The translations under genes were made by a program, and so were the position numbers. From positions 11,658,001 to 11,722,000 of the forward strand of contig NC_087263.1 in the NCBI RefSeq assembly GCF_037042905.1: 64,000 nucleotides of DNA, given 5' to 3'. The stretch is from Lytechinus pictus. Taxonomy: Eukaryota. Below, one piece after another: positions 1 to 13,464 of this stretch (its first letter is position 1; each line of letters opens with the position of its first letter). The notes under the pieces are model-generated. The model worked only from the letters and a program-made list of their open reading frames with translations. It did no database searches and was not told the DNA's origin.

Positions 1-1289
1 TTACCCTCTTGATGACTTTGAATTATTTTGGTTGTAATTAAATCGAGTATAACATCTGTTCTATGAAACTTGATTTTGTAACATTTATTATAAAAATACT
101 TATGAACAAATCATATTTGGTCTGCATAAAAAAGCGCCTTCTCATATTTCAATTTTACCTTAAACGTACACTGTAAATATTTTCAAACGAAATCTATGAA
201 AAGGGTGGAAGTTAGACTTTCATTTTGATGCCAAATAGTATCATTAATTGGGATTAGTTGCAAACACGGTGTTCGAGTAAAAGACACATCGGGGACACAC
301 CAAAGTATCAAGACAGTTACCCGCGCTGACAAAGTGGTAATCTCCCATTGAAATACCCTCACCAATCAACGGGTCATCCTTCTATTGAAATCCGCCACCA
401 TTCAGACCACCTCTATGTTCAACAATAGGGTAATCTCCCCAATCAAAAATGGGGTAATTTAAATCTACCTTGACAATTGGGTAAGCCGAGCTCTCCCATT
501 AAATACAGCTAGCAATGCACTGGGCCAGGTCATTTTCAACGTCCGGCTTTCGGGGAATTAAAATGAACATCAAATGGGTAGTTTTCTTGTACTCGTTTTG
601 TCCCCATACTAGAGCCTTGATTTTGGTTATTTTCGTAATGTGTATTTCAATATGTTTCCATTATATTTATCAGCATTTCGACATTTAATGTAGTTTAATA
701 CTTGTCTTTATAAAGAGCAATATTACATAAAACATGTTTGGCGCAGGAAATTATAACATAACGTTCCACCGATATTTCATCAACACATTTTTAATTAACC
801 ATGTAACTTTCCTCTTTATAGGTCTACTCTTAATGTATACATTCGAGTTATATTCTTTGCCTATCATCTCTCCGTACATTTTAATAATCAAATATATTTG
901 GAAAAGGGGTGTTTACCAGGCGAAAGTGAAGGTCCTCACTTGTGCATGAACGACATATCCTCCGATTAAAATGCATGCTGTGGGTTTCAAAGGGGGCACA
1001 CTTGTGTAAAAATGGCATATTTACATTAACAAATTGATAATGGCTCTCAAAGGGGGAGGGTGCACGGGCCGGATGCCACCCCCCCCCCCCCCGGAATCAC
1101 TACCGTACCCTCCAGGTGCAGAATATAGACCCACTGACTTCTTTTAGTAGAGGTCACAGAATAGAGCACAATACTTTTGAGAGGCCAACTATTGTTCAAA
1201 ATAAATACAGCGCCTATTAGATTGTATTGTGTTACTTCGGCAGAATCTGCGCCAGCATACACTCCATCCTTCTTGATCTAGTATGCCTA

Positions 1290-1454
1290 ATACCTCGGTC
1301 ACATTTTTTCTACGGTGGTCGTACGGCGAGTCGAAAACAGCCGTTTTATCAGTTTTCGTACCAGCTAAATATAGGTGGTTTGAATAAAAAATGAATAAAA
1401 CGGCTGTTTTCGACTCGCCGTACGGCCGCCGTAGAGCAAATGTGACCGAGGCAT
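1290..1454. mobile_element. Hairpin MITE with ~60-bp terminal inverted repeats (TIRs)
   Basis: ATACCTCGGTCACATTT..GTACGGCGAGTCGAAAACAGCCGTTTTAT is mirrored by ATAAAACGGCTGTTTTCGACTCGCCGTAC..AAATGTGACCGAGGCAT; TA on both flanks. Confidence 0.85.
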
Positions 1455-3416
1455 TACGATTTCCTGAACGTCTATTGATTTTTTTTTTGTGTGTAAAAGC
1501 ATTTAAATAAAAAAATAAAAAAGCTATACAGAATACAACTATGCGATTAAGAGGTGAAGTACAAAGTTAGAAGGGGAACTAGGCCAAAGAGCCTTCCGTA
1601 TTACTTACGTCGGTAAATTATGTTTACCTTAGACACTGGGAATCTAATTTGCATTTTGACACATACACATTGCAGATAAATTCAGATATTTGATAGGAAG
1701 AAGAAATCAACGGCAATATGCATGCACGTACTGCATAAGTCAAACGTGAAGGTTAAAGAAATAAGTATAGAAAATATTTAGACAAATTCAAAGGAAGAAA
1801 TGAAGTTGGATGAAAAAAAAGGAGCCATAAAATTAAGTTGACAAAATTGAATATTGTGAGTAGAACTGGAAAATTGAAAGAAATAATTAAACCTCCCCCA
1901 ACCGCACTGCAGAACGGTTTTGAAGGGGGGTCACCATGCATAAACTCATGGTACTTTTTACGTTTTGTACGCTATTTGGGGGAAAATAGAGTGTGGAGGC
2001 TTCAGCCCAGACCCCTTCGGTTCTGTGGCTCCTGGATGGTAATCAAGAACACTTGGTCACTTAGTACTCTAGATCACATGGGAAATTGATAAGAGAATAA
2101 AGACAGACCGCAGGTAAAAATATAATATAGGTTTTCCTGTCCGATTTCATGTCGGAGTCACTTAAATGTGTTAATTTGCATTTTAATTCACGCGATATTT
2201 TTTCCCCCGGAGACATCGGTCATTCAAAGTTTAGAACGGGATTCATTAAAAGACGCTATAATTCCTTTATAAACATTTAACTCAATTCATGGTCAAGACT
2301 ACCTCAAATTTGATAATTTTAATACTAATTTGGTAAGTGCTTTTGATTTCGTTTGAAGGTAAAGATGTTTAAAATGGTCTTACAAAGTAACGAAAGTACT
2401 TTTTGATCTAAATTTCGGGCAATGATATTCAAGAATTGTGCATTTAATCAACAATGACCGATATGACTGCTTAAGCATCCAATTTATTTTTTAAAAATTC
2501 AAATTAATGATATTTTATTCGTTTGTTTTGCACGACATCTGTATTATGAGTGAATATATTAGTTTCTAACATGTTTAGATATAGGCCTATGTTTAGCTCA
2601 AATATGAATTTCAACGATGCCCTTAGTTTTATTTTTTTCCCCATAAAAAAAACGCTTGCATTTTATGTGTTTATTATTTTTTGTCACAGTAGCGTTTCAA
2701 TGTAGAAATTTCAATGCCATCATTTTGGGACCCAGGTATGATTTATATTGCATCTTTTGCGAAGGGTTTTGCATTTCGTTTACAAAGAAGTTAAGGACAA
2801 TTCCAATTTTTTCCTTTTCACCCGACAATGCTGACTGTGTGGGCTCAGTGTGATGAAAAAACTCTTACCCGCGCCTGAACATTTACTTTTAGAAAGTCAA
2901 TGTCTTAACGGTATATTCTTCAAAATAAAACAACTCGTGCTAAAGCTTAATTGTTCTATTTAAAAAAAATCAAATCTAAATCTAATTGAACTTTGTCACT
3001 ACTGAAACCTGAAACGAAAAATTATCAAAAGAAATTGTGAAAGCGTAACTTTGGAAAATATATACCCATTGGACTAGGCACACCGATAAAAGGACACAAC
3101 GATATTCAGATCAGTGACTACAGATCGGGCGTTTAATAGTTTGCCTAAAACGCCGATATCAAGGACATAGAGGGCGCTCATGCAAAAACATCTTATCGGA
3201 AAGCCAACCGGGGGTGTTAAAAGAAAAGATAAAAGCGCACGCTTCCGTTTTCGCTGCAAAAGGGCACGCTGGCGTCTTGAATGGCAAGAGCACTGACCCG
3301 CAGAAAGAAAAATGGACAATTGCACGCTGAGCGGGATCGCCGTAGAATATAAAGGTAAAGACGCACGCACACATTTGACAAGACGCCTAACTACGTGGAA
3401 TTCGTATCTCTCTTAA

Positions 3417-4010
3417 AGGGGAATCCAACCCAAATAAAAACTTGCTTTTAGAGGAAAAGGGAAAATCAGACAAGATGATGGGTGAAAGTTTTAATAATAT
3501 TGGACAAATAATAAGAAAGTTATGAATTTTTAAAAGTTTTGAATATTGGTAATCACTATACCTATGGAGATCTCAAATTGACCACAAATGTGATGTCATA
3601 GTGATGTAGGGCAAGGACTACTCTTCCATGTACTCCAATATATAAAAGGGCTAAAATTATATTTTATTCACCAATTTTACTTCAAAATATATTTTTCTTT
3701 CATGAGGACTTAAAACAATATACTACCTAGGCTATATTTAGATTACAGCCACAGGGGAATGGGTACTTAAGAGAAAACCACAAATCACTGATAAAAAAGT
3801 ACCTGGTCTATGGAAAAGTTGTCCTTGCCCATAGTCATAATTTACTTACTCAGTTGCCAATTTGAAATCTACATAGTCTTAAGGATCTCAATTTTAAAAA
3901 AGCCATAACTTTCTTATTGCTTGTCCAATTTCTTTCAAACCTTCACCATTCTGTTTTTTTATTTTTCTCCTGTCAAACACAACATAATATGACCAAGGCT
4001 GGATTCCCCT
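3417..4010. mobile_element. Non-autonomous Kolobok-type DNA transposon, family A copy 1
   Basis: TTAA|AGGGGAATCCA ... TGGATTCCCCT|TTAA; purine-start termini with a TTAA TSD; colinear with 58860-59455. Confidence 0.85.
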
Positions 4011-4426
4011 TTAAAGAATGTGAAGTGTACGACAACAACCTCAATCATATACTTTATATGATGTGTACTTATACCTCAACTAAAACTTACACTATAGCAT
4101 GTTATTGCGCGAGAAATTCACAACATTTGTAACAATGATATTTAGATACTCGGCGGACTCGAGAGGATCTCAACTTAAGTAGCACATGTCTTAGCAACAA
4201 AACATTTAGAATATAACTCGAAATTAAGGAAAGATAAGAATAAATCTTCAATGCAACCCCGCTTATTTTCTAGAGAAAATGGTGTACCTTTGATTATATA
4301 CACAATCATGATAATGCTGATCTTCCCTTAGATCAAACGCGTATAGCAGAATGTGTTTGTTTAAAGTGAAGTGTATGCCTACCCTGTGTCGACGTTGGAT
4401 AAATATGAGCAAGGAATGAAACGTTA

Positions 4427-4682
4427 AGGCTTGGTCCCACTGCACTTACGGATGCAGAGAGGATGTAAAACGGAAAAGAATCTTGCAATCCGTTGGAAAA
4501 CGGTATCCGTTGTGTACTCTTTGCTTACTCGTTTCATACGCTCTATATCCATCGAGCATCCGTCCACTTTGAGTTAATTGTTTGGAGTGGAAGAAAACGG
4601 ATAGAGCCACCCCGAAATTTTGCTTGTCCGCTGTATCCGTTATGAATACGTTTTTTGTATGTCGGCCAGTGGGACCAGGCCT
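4427..4682. mobile_element. PIF/Harbinger-type MITE
   Basis: TTA|AGGCTTGGTCCCACTG ... CAGTGGGACCAGGCCT|TTA; 3-bp TTA TSD; internal ATCCGT/ACGGAT repeats. Confidence 0.85.
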
Positions 4683-4964
4683 TTAAGTTCAGTGAGTTTA
4701 GAAAATAATTATTCCGTTACATTGTAATGTATTCGGATATAACTTCATTACTACCCCCCCCCCCCATATTCTGCTGCGTAGAAATCATATTGATGACAGG
4801 ATACACATTTTTCATTCATATAAACATTTGTTTTCCTCCATTTCACTAATTTTGCAATGCGTTAGAAATGAATTCATAAAAAAATCAATTTGTCATGAAG
4901 GATAAGAATACACACAAGTTGTGTTAACAGAGGAGGGCGTATGACCTTAAAAACAAATTTTCTG

Positions 4965-5208
4965 CACTGCAAAAACTCCGGTGTTGATTTAACACCAGCC
5001 CGGAATATATGTCCACACCAGAGTAGTGTGAAACAACACCAATTTGGTTTTGGTCTAACACCAGAAAGGTGTTTAGACAACACCAATTAGTATTAAAACA
5101 ACATTGGTTTGATTCCAAACTGGTGTTGTTCCAATACTTCTCTGGTGTGGACATACATGTATATAGATTCCGGGCTGGTGTTAAATCAACACCGGAGTTT
5201 TTGCAGTG
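4965..5208. mobile_element. CACT-terminus (CMC/EnSpm-like) MITE
   Basis: TG|CACTGCAAAAACTCCGGTGTTGATTTAACACCAGCCCGGAAT with a perfect inverted copy ending GCAGTG|TG; 2-bp TSD; internal AACACC repeats. Confidence 0.85.
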
Positions 5209-5602
5209 TGGTGGGATTCACCTGTAGACAAATAAACAGTACCAAATATAAAAAAAACACCAGGAAAATAAAGAAGCGTTAGAAAATGGGTCAGGTGAAG
5301 AGGAGAAAATAAAAAACGAAACTAAGCCTGCTGCATAGTGCTTCATCTTGCCGGGAAACATTGCCCTCCTCTTATTAAAACAAAAATATCTCATAAATAT
5401 TCTATGTCTTGGTGTTTGTTTAAGGCTGATCATGTTTGCCCTGTATCAATAATGAGGAAGCCTATTCGTGTTGAAATTTTGCTAACAATTTCCAATGCGA
5501 TGTAGAGAGTGTAGACAATCGAGTAATGACCTATGATACAGCCAACAATCTACTGTCAACCGGTGTATTGCTCATTGATATATATTTTTGTTAAAAATAA
5601 AC

Positions 5603-5648
<46 letters not shown>

Positions 5649-5787
5649 TTAAATATATTAAATTGTAACTCATGATGATCATACGCTTGAGTTTGGAAGC
5701 ATGTGTAAATTTAAATGTTTATCATTATTTATTCCACTCTAAAATTCGGAGGGGGGGGGGGGGCTGCGATGTCAATAGAGAGTGGCG

Positions 5788-6288
5788 CTACTGGAAAGAA
5801 CACAATGTGTTCACATGGCGGACTATAATATAAAAGTATTATTCACACTGTTAAAATGCTCAAATTCAACAGTGTGAAAATAATTTACACACTGCGGACA
5901 CTTAGATATTGTATTCACGTAATCAAGTACACTCTAAAAACACTGAGAAGAATTTTACCAAATATTGGGTAAAAAGGGAACATGCATGCTTGCTGGGTAT
6001 TTTTCCCCCCATATTGGGCTAAATGCATGTTTTAAGGGAAAGTTTCAACGAAACATTGCGTAGAATTTAGGCCTACTAAATATTTGGTATCTTTTTACCC
6101 GACCAACATGCATTTTCCCATTTTACCCAATATTGGGTAAACCATTTTTTTAGAGTGTATTTGAAAATATGATTCACACTGTTGAAATGCTCAAATTTAA
6201 CAGTGTGAAGGTGATTTCACATTGTGTTCCACACTGTGAACACACTGTGGCGCACACTGTGGGACACTGAGGTGTATGAGTAGGGGGA
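5788..6288. mobile_element. Degenerate MITE rich in CACACTGT/ACAGTGTG repeats, interrupted by 5930-6157
   Basis: TTCACACTGTT(A/G)AAATGCTCAAATT(C/T)AACAGTGTGAA occurs on both sides of the insert; related sequence at ~29225-29398 and ~59700-60000; boundaries approximate. Confidence 0.55.
5930..6157. mobile_element. CACT-terminus MITE
   Basis: TA|CACTCTAAAAA ... TTTTTAGAGTG|TA; internal TTACCCAA/TTGGGTAA repeats. Confidence 0.8.
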
Positions 6289-6429
6289 CACCGTGCTCTT
6301 ACAAGGGCTTTCAAGATGGATTCTAAGCAAGTGATAATCCATCCATATTAGAATACTCAAAAAGATATTTTCACATCAGACATAAATGTATCCCCCCCCC
6401 TTTCTCTCTCTATATTATGTATGTCTCAA

Positions 6430-6583
6430 TATGGCATTGGAGCCCAGCCTTTGAAAGGCCAATGGCCTCTGCTGGCTCCCCCATATTCTTGGTATTTATA
6501 TTCATATGTGTTTTTTTTGTAAATATTTGATTGTATTTGAATGTTTTTTACCAGAAATGGAAATAAATGAAATGAATGAATGT
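6430..6583 (+). mobile_element. 5'-truncated LINE 3' end
   Basis: Stem-loop GGAGCCCAGC..AGGCCAATGGCCT..GCTGGCTCC, then a T-rich stretch, AATAAA and a (TGAA)n tail. Confidence 0.55.
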
Positions 6584-7313
6584 TTCCCCTATGCTAAATA
6601 ATGCCTCAACTATTCTTTTTGTGATGCATAGTGCCAGTGTTATTAATTATATGATTAGGAGTTGCCCTCATCACTATTTAATTAAATTCTAACGGTAACA
6701 TCCAAAGATCCTGAAATATGATAATTGCCTTCACTTGATACGTTTTGTGGATCATGTTGACACTCAAGAAATAGTGAAATAATGGTTGTTAACTATGTTA
6801 CTCAGGGGGGGGGGACTCACGTATAATGGTAGTAAAATTATGTGGGGCCCTTAAGACCCGCTTTTCAATCATTGCCAGCAGTTACTGTACGCTAGCATAA
6901 CATGTCTACACTTTTTGATTGACTAACCCATTCTCTTCCTTCAAAGGCCCCTTATTTCAGGCTTCAGTTGTCGAAGATCCCCATTTCATGTTACATACCA
7001 GTTCCCAAGCACCACCCCCCAAAAAAAAACTTTTGTAGAGGGCCTCATACAAACTTAATTTCTTAAGGGTACGGTTTCAGATTTTTGGACCGCACTACTC
7101 CACCCTTTCGAAATCTGAGTCCACCCGGATGTTACTGTGTCTGAACGTATTCTGTATCCTATTGAATTAAAAAGTGATTATTTTAACCCTCCCACCCCGA
7201 TATACATATCAAGGTTAAGTTCCTTAATAATAAGATTTGGATAAACCGGAATACTAGGAGAGACTTAATTAAATTATGCAAACTCATGTGTAAGGTCCAT
7301 TGTATTTTGGTAC

Positions 7314-8220
7314 TGTTATATATAAGTAGAATTGCAAGAACAATTACATTCATTTATTTAGTTATTTCCTCTTTAAGGATATTCATAGCATATAATGATT
7401 AAGAATATTCCAGAATGTCTCAGTAGGGCTTTGTTAGGCATGCATATTTAATGAGATGGAGTAATTTTTGTTATTTCTGGAATGTACAAAGATACACAAT
7501 AGACTCCTAGTGGTAGTGGAAATGGACGATAGGATTAGCTATGTTGTTTACATTGTTAATTTCACTGAGGTCATCCAAGAGTCTTCTAGAAGTGGACTAT
7601 TCTAGAAAGAAGGATAGTTTTTTTTTTTTTAATACATACTAGAACCTTCCAGAATAGTGGAAAGTTATATATATAAGCTGGCAGTTTCTTCATCATATCA
7701 GATCAGAACTCAGAGTTTCACACCAGTCTTTATGTCAGAGCATAGTTTATTTCCAACTGTTATACAACATTAATCTTCTGTGGAATAATTTGCACGCCAT
7801 CAATGAACTGTGCATTTACTTTGAGAGAGGAATTCTCGGTTCTCATTGAGATCATCAACCTGTTTTAATGAACGCCTTTCAACCCATGGATTGCTGAAAT
7901 TGACTGTTAATCATCATCAACATCGTCCTCACAGACATTTCAACTCGTTACAGTGACTCTTATTATTCATCGTGCTTCAACATCAATTTCATCATCGCCA
8001 TCATTGTGAACTTAATTCAAGGAATCTTCGCCAACCAACTTGGATTTTAACTGGATTTGATACAGGACTATCATAACTTTTGATTACACATCTAACTCTT
8101 CAAGACATGTAAGATGTTTGATTTTATTTAGTGTATGATTGATCTATTTCCTGTAATAAAAGAAAAGGAAATAAAATTTAAAATTCAATTTTTATTGTTA
8201 TTTGTTGCAGTATCGTAACA
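7314..8220 (+). mobile_element. Solo LTR, 907 bp (4-bp TSD, Gypsy-like)
   Basis: GTAC|TGTTA ... TAACA|GTAC; TATA-like TATATAAG at ~7670; AATAAA at ~8155 and ~8169; no internal gag/pol sequence. Confidence 0.8.
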
Positions 8221-8523
8221 GTACATTTTGCTAACGATAGAGAAAACATTAAATACTGTGCACAACAGAAGCGCATTGAGCCAAAACATTGAGAGGGCAG
8301 ACATGGCGAATGAGGCCAAATTACACATTTAAAAAATCTGCAAGCGTGCGAAACCGATGAGTAAATTGAACTTTGTATTGCAAACATGTAATTCTGTAAT
8401 TTATTTTGACACGATACTCAGAAGGTAGTATCATGTGTCCCCCCCCCCTTCGTTTTTTTTTTTTTTTCATTTTCTCCCTTTTTATTGGTTGTAAAATATA
8501 TACCATGAGCCCCCGGCTCGGTT

Positions 8524-8641
8524 TAAAAATGGCAGAGGTAAAAATGGCAGAGGTAAAAATGGCAAAGGTAAAAATGGCAGAGGTAAAAATGCCAGAGGTA
8601 AAAATGGCAAAGGTAAAAATGCCAGAGGTATAAATGGCCAG
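8524..8641 (+). repeat. 15-bp tandem array (TAAAAATGGCAGAGG)n, left arm
   Basis: About 8 units seen directly; source of the spurious KMAEV ORF. Confidence 0.95.
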
Positions 8642-9173
8642 TCTTAAACCCCCATGCCAAAAAATCCAAAAGCCCCTCCATGTACAGTAGATTATATAAA
8701 TAAGAATGGTTCTGAGAAGAAAATTAGAATTATAATGTTTATGTTTGACTAATGGAAAGGGTAACATTTTCAAATCATACTGTACATTTTCTGCACCAAA
8801 TTGATAACACCCGAGTTGGTTTTTCTTAATTTATTCCTGGACTTGCATGGACAGCCTTCTCATGTCAAATCGCTCTTCTAATATTCAAATTTGAAGCACA
8901 CTTTCAATTCAATTCAATTCAATTTATTTACACTCCCAATAAAAACATGAAAAACATACATAAGGTACATAGGTAAAACATTGTGACAACATACAAAAAA
9001 CATATTTATGAGAATGAGGGGCCAACAAAAAAGAGCAGATTGCCTTATTGAGCGTTGACCCAACAACTATAAGACAAAATCAATAAATATTACCCAAAAA
9101 AATAACATAAATTAAAACATTTACCAACACATACATGTACATTCAAAATATATAGCGTAGTTATACAAGCAAA

Positions 9174-12128
9174 TTAAGAATACAAACTTAAAAGATGTAA
9201 TTTGTAATAACGTTTGAAAGAATTGAGGGTTCGGCATGTTTTAATAGAATGCGGTAAATTATTCCAAAGAATAGGTCCTTGAAAATAAATTGAGTTATGA
9301 GAAACTGAGGTACGTACTCGTGGTAAAAAATAATAAAATAGACTGCGGGTATTGTGTTGATGAATCGAAAAATTAAGGCAAAATTTAGACATAATGGAAT
9401 CAGGAATAAGTGATTTGGAACAAAGATACATAAATATTGCGATGTTAAACCTATTTAAATCAGACAAAGTAAGTAAATGAAGATTATGAAAAAGTGGCAA
9501 GGTATGGGCATTATAAAGGCTATTACAAATTATCCTCACGGCCTTTTTCTGAAGTATATATAATCTGTTTATAAAACAATCAGCGGAGTTAGACCAAACG
9601 ATATTGCAGTAATTAATATGTGAGAAAATTAAAGCATAATATAACATAATCAAAATATATTGCGGAAAATGTTTTAATCTATATAAAATACAAACACCTT
9701 TAGAAACACGATTGCAAACGACACCAATGTGTTCATGCCACGAGAGTTTATCATCTATATAAACTCCTAAAAATAAAAAAAATGAAACGCATTGTATAGT
9801 TGAATTGTTGAATCTAATTTCCACTCTATCTTTCTCAATTTTTTTCTTTGTATGTATAAATTTTGTCTTAGTTATGTTTAAAACTAATCGATTGTTAATC
9901 AACCAGTTATTTAATTTTTATAATTCATTATTACAATTATCCTGCAAAGAAACAATATTGTGATGAGACATGAACACACTGGTGTCGTCAGCATATAAAA
10001 CGAAGTGTAATAGTTTAGATGAAGTGCAAATATCATTCATATATTTATAAAAAAAAGTAAGGGGCCCAGAATAGATCCTTGGGGTACTCCGCATCGAATC
10101 GGTTTCAAACATGAATTATTATTACAAATTGATACAAACTGAAAACGATGTGATAAATAATTATTAAATAGTTCCCAGAGTAAACCGCGAATTCCATAAG
10201 CATATAGTTTTTCATTAAAATAGTATGGTCTAACGTATCGAAAGCCTTGCTTAAATCGAGAAATAAACCAATCATATATTTTTTGGAATCAATAGAATCA
10301 GAAACTTTATGAATAAAATCAAGAAGAGCCATCGATGCGGAGTAATCCTTATGGAAGCCATACTGACCATTGTGTAAAATATTAGAAGAAGTGAGAAATT
10401 GGTATAGTCTTTTATATAGACATCGTTCAAAAATCTTAGAAAACAAAGGAAGAACTGAAATTGTACGATAATTTGAGACGTCATCTTCACGACCATTTTT
10501 AAAAACAGGAATGACCTTTGCTATTTTAAGCTTATCTGGAAAGAGACCTTTGGATATAAACAAATTAAAAATTGAACAAAGAGGTGAACAAATGATTGGA
10601 ATTATTTTCTTAACAACATTAACATCAATTTCATCATACCCTGCACTCGTTCCGTTTTTAAAAGAAGATACTATATTTAATATTTCATTACAAGTTATTG
10701 GAGTAATATAAGCAGAACGGATATTCCATGAAAAGTCTGGCTGTTGATAATTACCAGAATAATGTTCAGTATTAGTAAGATTATAACCGATATCAACAAA
10801 ATAGTTATTAAAAATATCACACATATCAGCTTTATCAGTAATAATTGAGTTGTTAACATTTAAGTTTGATATATTAGAATATTTTTTACTAGATCGAGAT
10901 CCGATAGCTTGATTTACAATTTTCCATGTCACTTTTATATTATTCTTGTTACTGTTGAATTTATTTTTGTAGTAAGCATATTTTTTCTTTTTCATTTCAT
11001 GTGTGACCATGTTCCTATATTCATTATAAACCCTTTTTCTATAATCAGTTGGATTCTTTAAATATTTTCTATAGGCTTTCCACTTTTTCTTTATATTTTT
11101 AATCAACTCTTTGTCAATCCATGGTTTAGAAAAAGATATATTTTTAATACGTACTTTATGCAAAGGAAAACATTTATTGTATATTTCTAGAAATTTATCT
11201 ATAAAAGAATTGTAAGCAAGATTTGGGTCTTTCTCATCTAAGTCCCAGGATATTTGCTCTAAACATTGATAAAACTTGCTAATACTAACTTCATTTATCG
11301 TCCTTTTCAAAATATGCCTTACCCTTAAAAATCAGATTATGACATATACAGAATATAGGAAGATGGTCACTAATGTCATCTAATATTACACCACTCGACA
11401 GTTTTGTTAAATCATTTGTGAAAATGTTGTCAATTAATGTAGCCGAATGTAAACTTACACGAGTGGGATAATGTATCAATGGAAATAAGGAATTTGTCAT
11501 CAAAATGTCTAAGAACTTATTAACATGTTGAGAAGAGGAAACCATTAATAGATCAATATTAAAATCACCAAGGAAATATAGGCTTTTATTTCCACTCCTC
11601 AAACTATGGAAAATATTATCAAGTGCATCTAAAAACAAAGAAACTGATTGATCTGGTGGCCTATAAAAAACCCCTAATACAATACTTTTATTCTGTGGGA
11701 TTTCCATTTCGACAAAAATGCTTTCAATATTTACATCATTAATTTCAATATCTTTTCTAGATTTAAAAACAAGATCATCCCTAACATATATACCGACTCC
11801 TCCACCTCTCTTATTTTTTATATTATTAGACAGAAAATTATAACCATCAATATTGCATTGCACACTATCGTCTTTTAACCAAGTTTCACTTACACCAATT
11901 ATAAAGAACTTAATAGATAGGTAGTTAAATAATGAAGTAATTTCATCAAAATTCTTCAATATACTTCTGCAATTAAAATGAATCATCGAACATTTCTCAT
12001 TCACACTGGTAGTTTGATTATCATAGAAAGCATTTTTTTAAAGCCTCATGTGTATAATATGACTGATTTTGCCGATTTGAACTTTCATCTAAGATACTAG
12101 GAGACAACATACGCGATATTGCATTCAT
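9174..12128 (-). pseudogene. LINE ORF2 (APE endonuclease + reverse transcriptase), frameshifted
   Basis: HFNCRS, GVSETW, GGGVGIY, YRPP, GDFNID, TLIDNIF, SDHLPI (APE); KPWI, AKVIPVFK, NYRTISVL, FLDLSKAFDT, YADDT, FLGVYID (RT); split across ORFs 11291-12004, 10105-11310, 9918-10112 and 9174-9902. Confidence 0.93.
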
Positions 12129-12353
12129 ATTTAAATTGTTAACAGCACGCTGATATGTGTTGTAAAAAGACATGTTATACTAGAAACACACAAATTGGTA
12201 ACCATGTACAAAACATACAAAGGACACACAAATTAGAAAAGTTAAAGTGATCGAGAATATTCAAACAAATTGGCCACCGGTAGCCAAAAGTTATATATAA
12301 AATACGTCATATTTCAGCAGATGCGTCATTACAATTGTTCGTGAAAAAAAAAA

Positions 12354-12686
12354 TTAAGTGTTCAAATCCGATGACGATAGGATCAATTTCTTCATTCCAT
12401 GACCATTAAATGTTTTCATGATTGCATATATCCTTCCATCCATAGAACAACAGGCACTAACCTTGTCTTTCATTCTCGAAGCTTGGAAGAGAAGTTGTGC
12501 ATTGCGTTTGGTGAGATCCTCCACTATAACTGTCTTCGTGCCCTTCAATTTACGCCTATTTTTCATCATAGACTCTGTGTAGGTGTACCGAGTAAATTTA
12601 ACGATGATTGCTCGAGGATCACTTGAAGAACTTGAAGATCTTGTGGCATCAGCAATACTTGGATCCCAAGTATTGTCATTAGTTTG
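12354..12686 (-). pseudogene. LINE ORF1 C-terminal fragment
   Basis: PRAIIVKF followed by RRKLKGTK..EDLTKRN..DGRIY, typical of CR1-group ORF1 C-termini; lies just upstream of ORF2. Confidence 0.75.
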
Positions 12687-12690
12687 TTAA

Positions 12691-12900
12691 AGGGGAAATT
12701 CACCCTGACATTAAGTTTATTGTAAAAATAGCAGAAAAAAATCAAAATGATATTGGTTAGGGTTTAAAGGAAGCCATCAAAGATTTAAAAAGCTATTAGA
12801 ATTTTATATTTTAATGGTGTCGTCATTTGCGAGCAGTTTTTTCCAAATCTGGTGTAACAAAAAATATCAATGAAATGTCAGTTTAAAAAAATATGTTTTT
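12691..12900. mobile_element. Kolobok-type MITE left-end fragment
   Basis: TTAA|AGGGGAAATTCACCC start resembles 3417 and 27390; no right end found. Confidence 0.55.
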
Positions 12901-12904
12901 TTTT

Positions 12905-13130
12905 TTTCAATTTTTTTCAATTTCAATTTTAATTTATTTCATTTTCAACAGAACGAAGTAAAGTGGTCGAAATAATTACAATGAACTTATACAGACAATA
13001 TAAATTGAGGCATGAACAATATATGATATTTTTCCATAAGTAAAACAAAACAAATTATCATATATTAGTAAAATATCATTATAAAATAAAATTATGAGAA
13101 AATGGAGGGATCCACGAGGCCAATAATTAT
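12905..13130 (-). mobile_element. LINE 3' end fragment
   Basis: (TTTCAA)n tail with TTTATT; AATGGAGGGATCCAC motif shared with ~55304. Confidence 0.55.
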
Positions 13131-13198
13131 GACTGATATTAACTGGAAAGGCTCTGTCTTTTCCTTGTTGATGTAGTATGTCATGATCTTTACCTCAG

Positions 13199-13464
13199 TC
13201 ATTTTTAACTCTTGCCATTTTGACCTCTGTCATTATTACCTCTGCCATTTTTACCTCTGCCATTTTTACCTCTGCCATTATTACCTCTGCCATTTTTACC
13301 TCTGCCATTATTACCTCTGCCATTTTGACCTCTGCCATTTTTACCTCTGCCATTTTTAACTCTGCCATTTTTACCTCTGCCATTTTTACCTCTGCCATTT
13401 TTACCTCTGCCGTTTTTACCTTTGCCATTTTTACCTCTGCCATTTTTACCTCTGCCATTTTTAC
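13199..13464 (-). repeat. 15-bp tandem array, right arm (inverted)
   Basis: (CCTCTGCCATTTTTA)n, about 17 units. Confidence 0.95.

Larger units (their letters stand above)
8903..12686 (-). mobile_element. CR1-group LINE (L2/Crack/Daphne-like), 5'-truncated within ORF1
   Basis: ORF1 C-terminus, then APE, RT and 3'UTR ending AATAAA(TTGAA)n on the minus strand. Confidence 0.92.

Noticed and set aside
5840..6270. Clusters of CACAGTG/CACTGTG resembling RAG recombination signal heptamers (also 59700-59950)
   Set aside because: No ACAAAAACC-like nonamer seen at 12/23 spacing and the motifs are not terminal; better explained as internal repeats of a MITE
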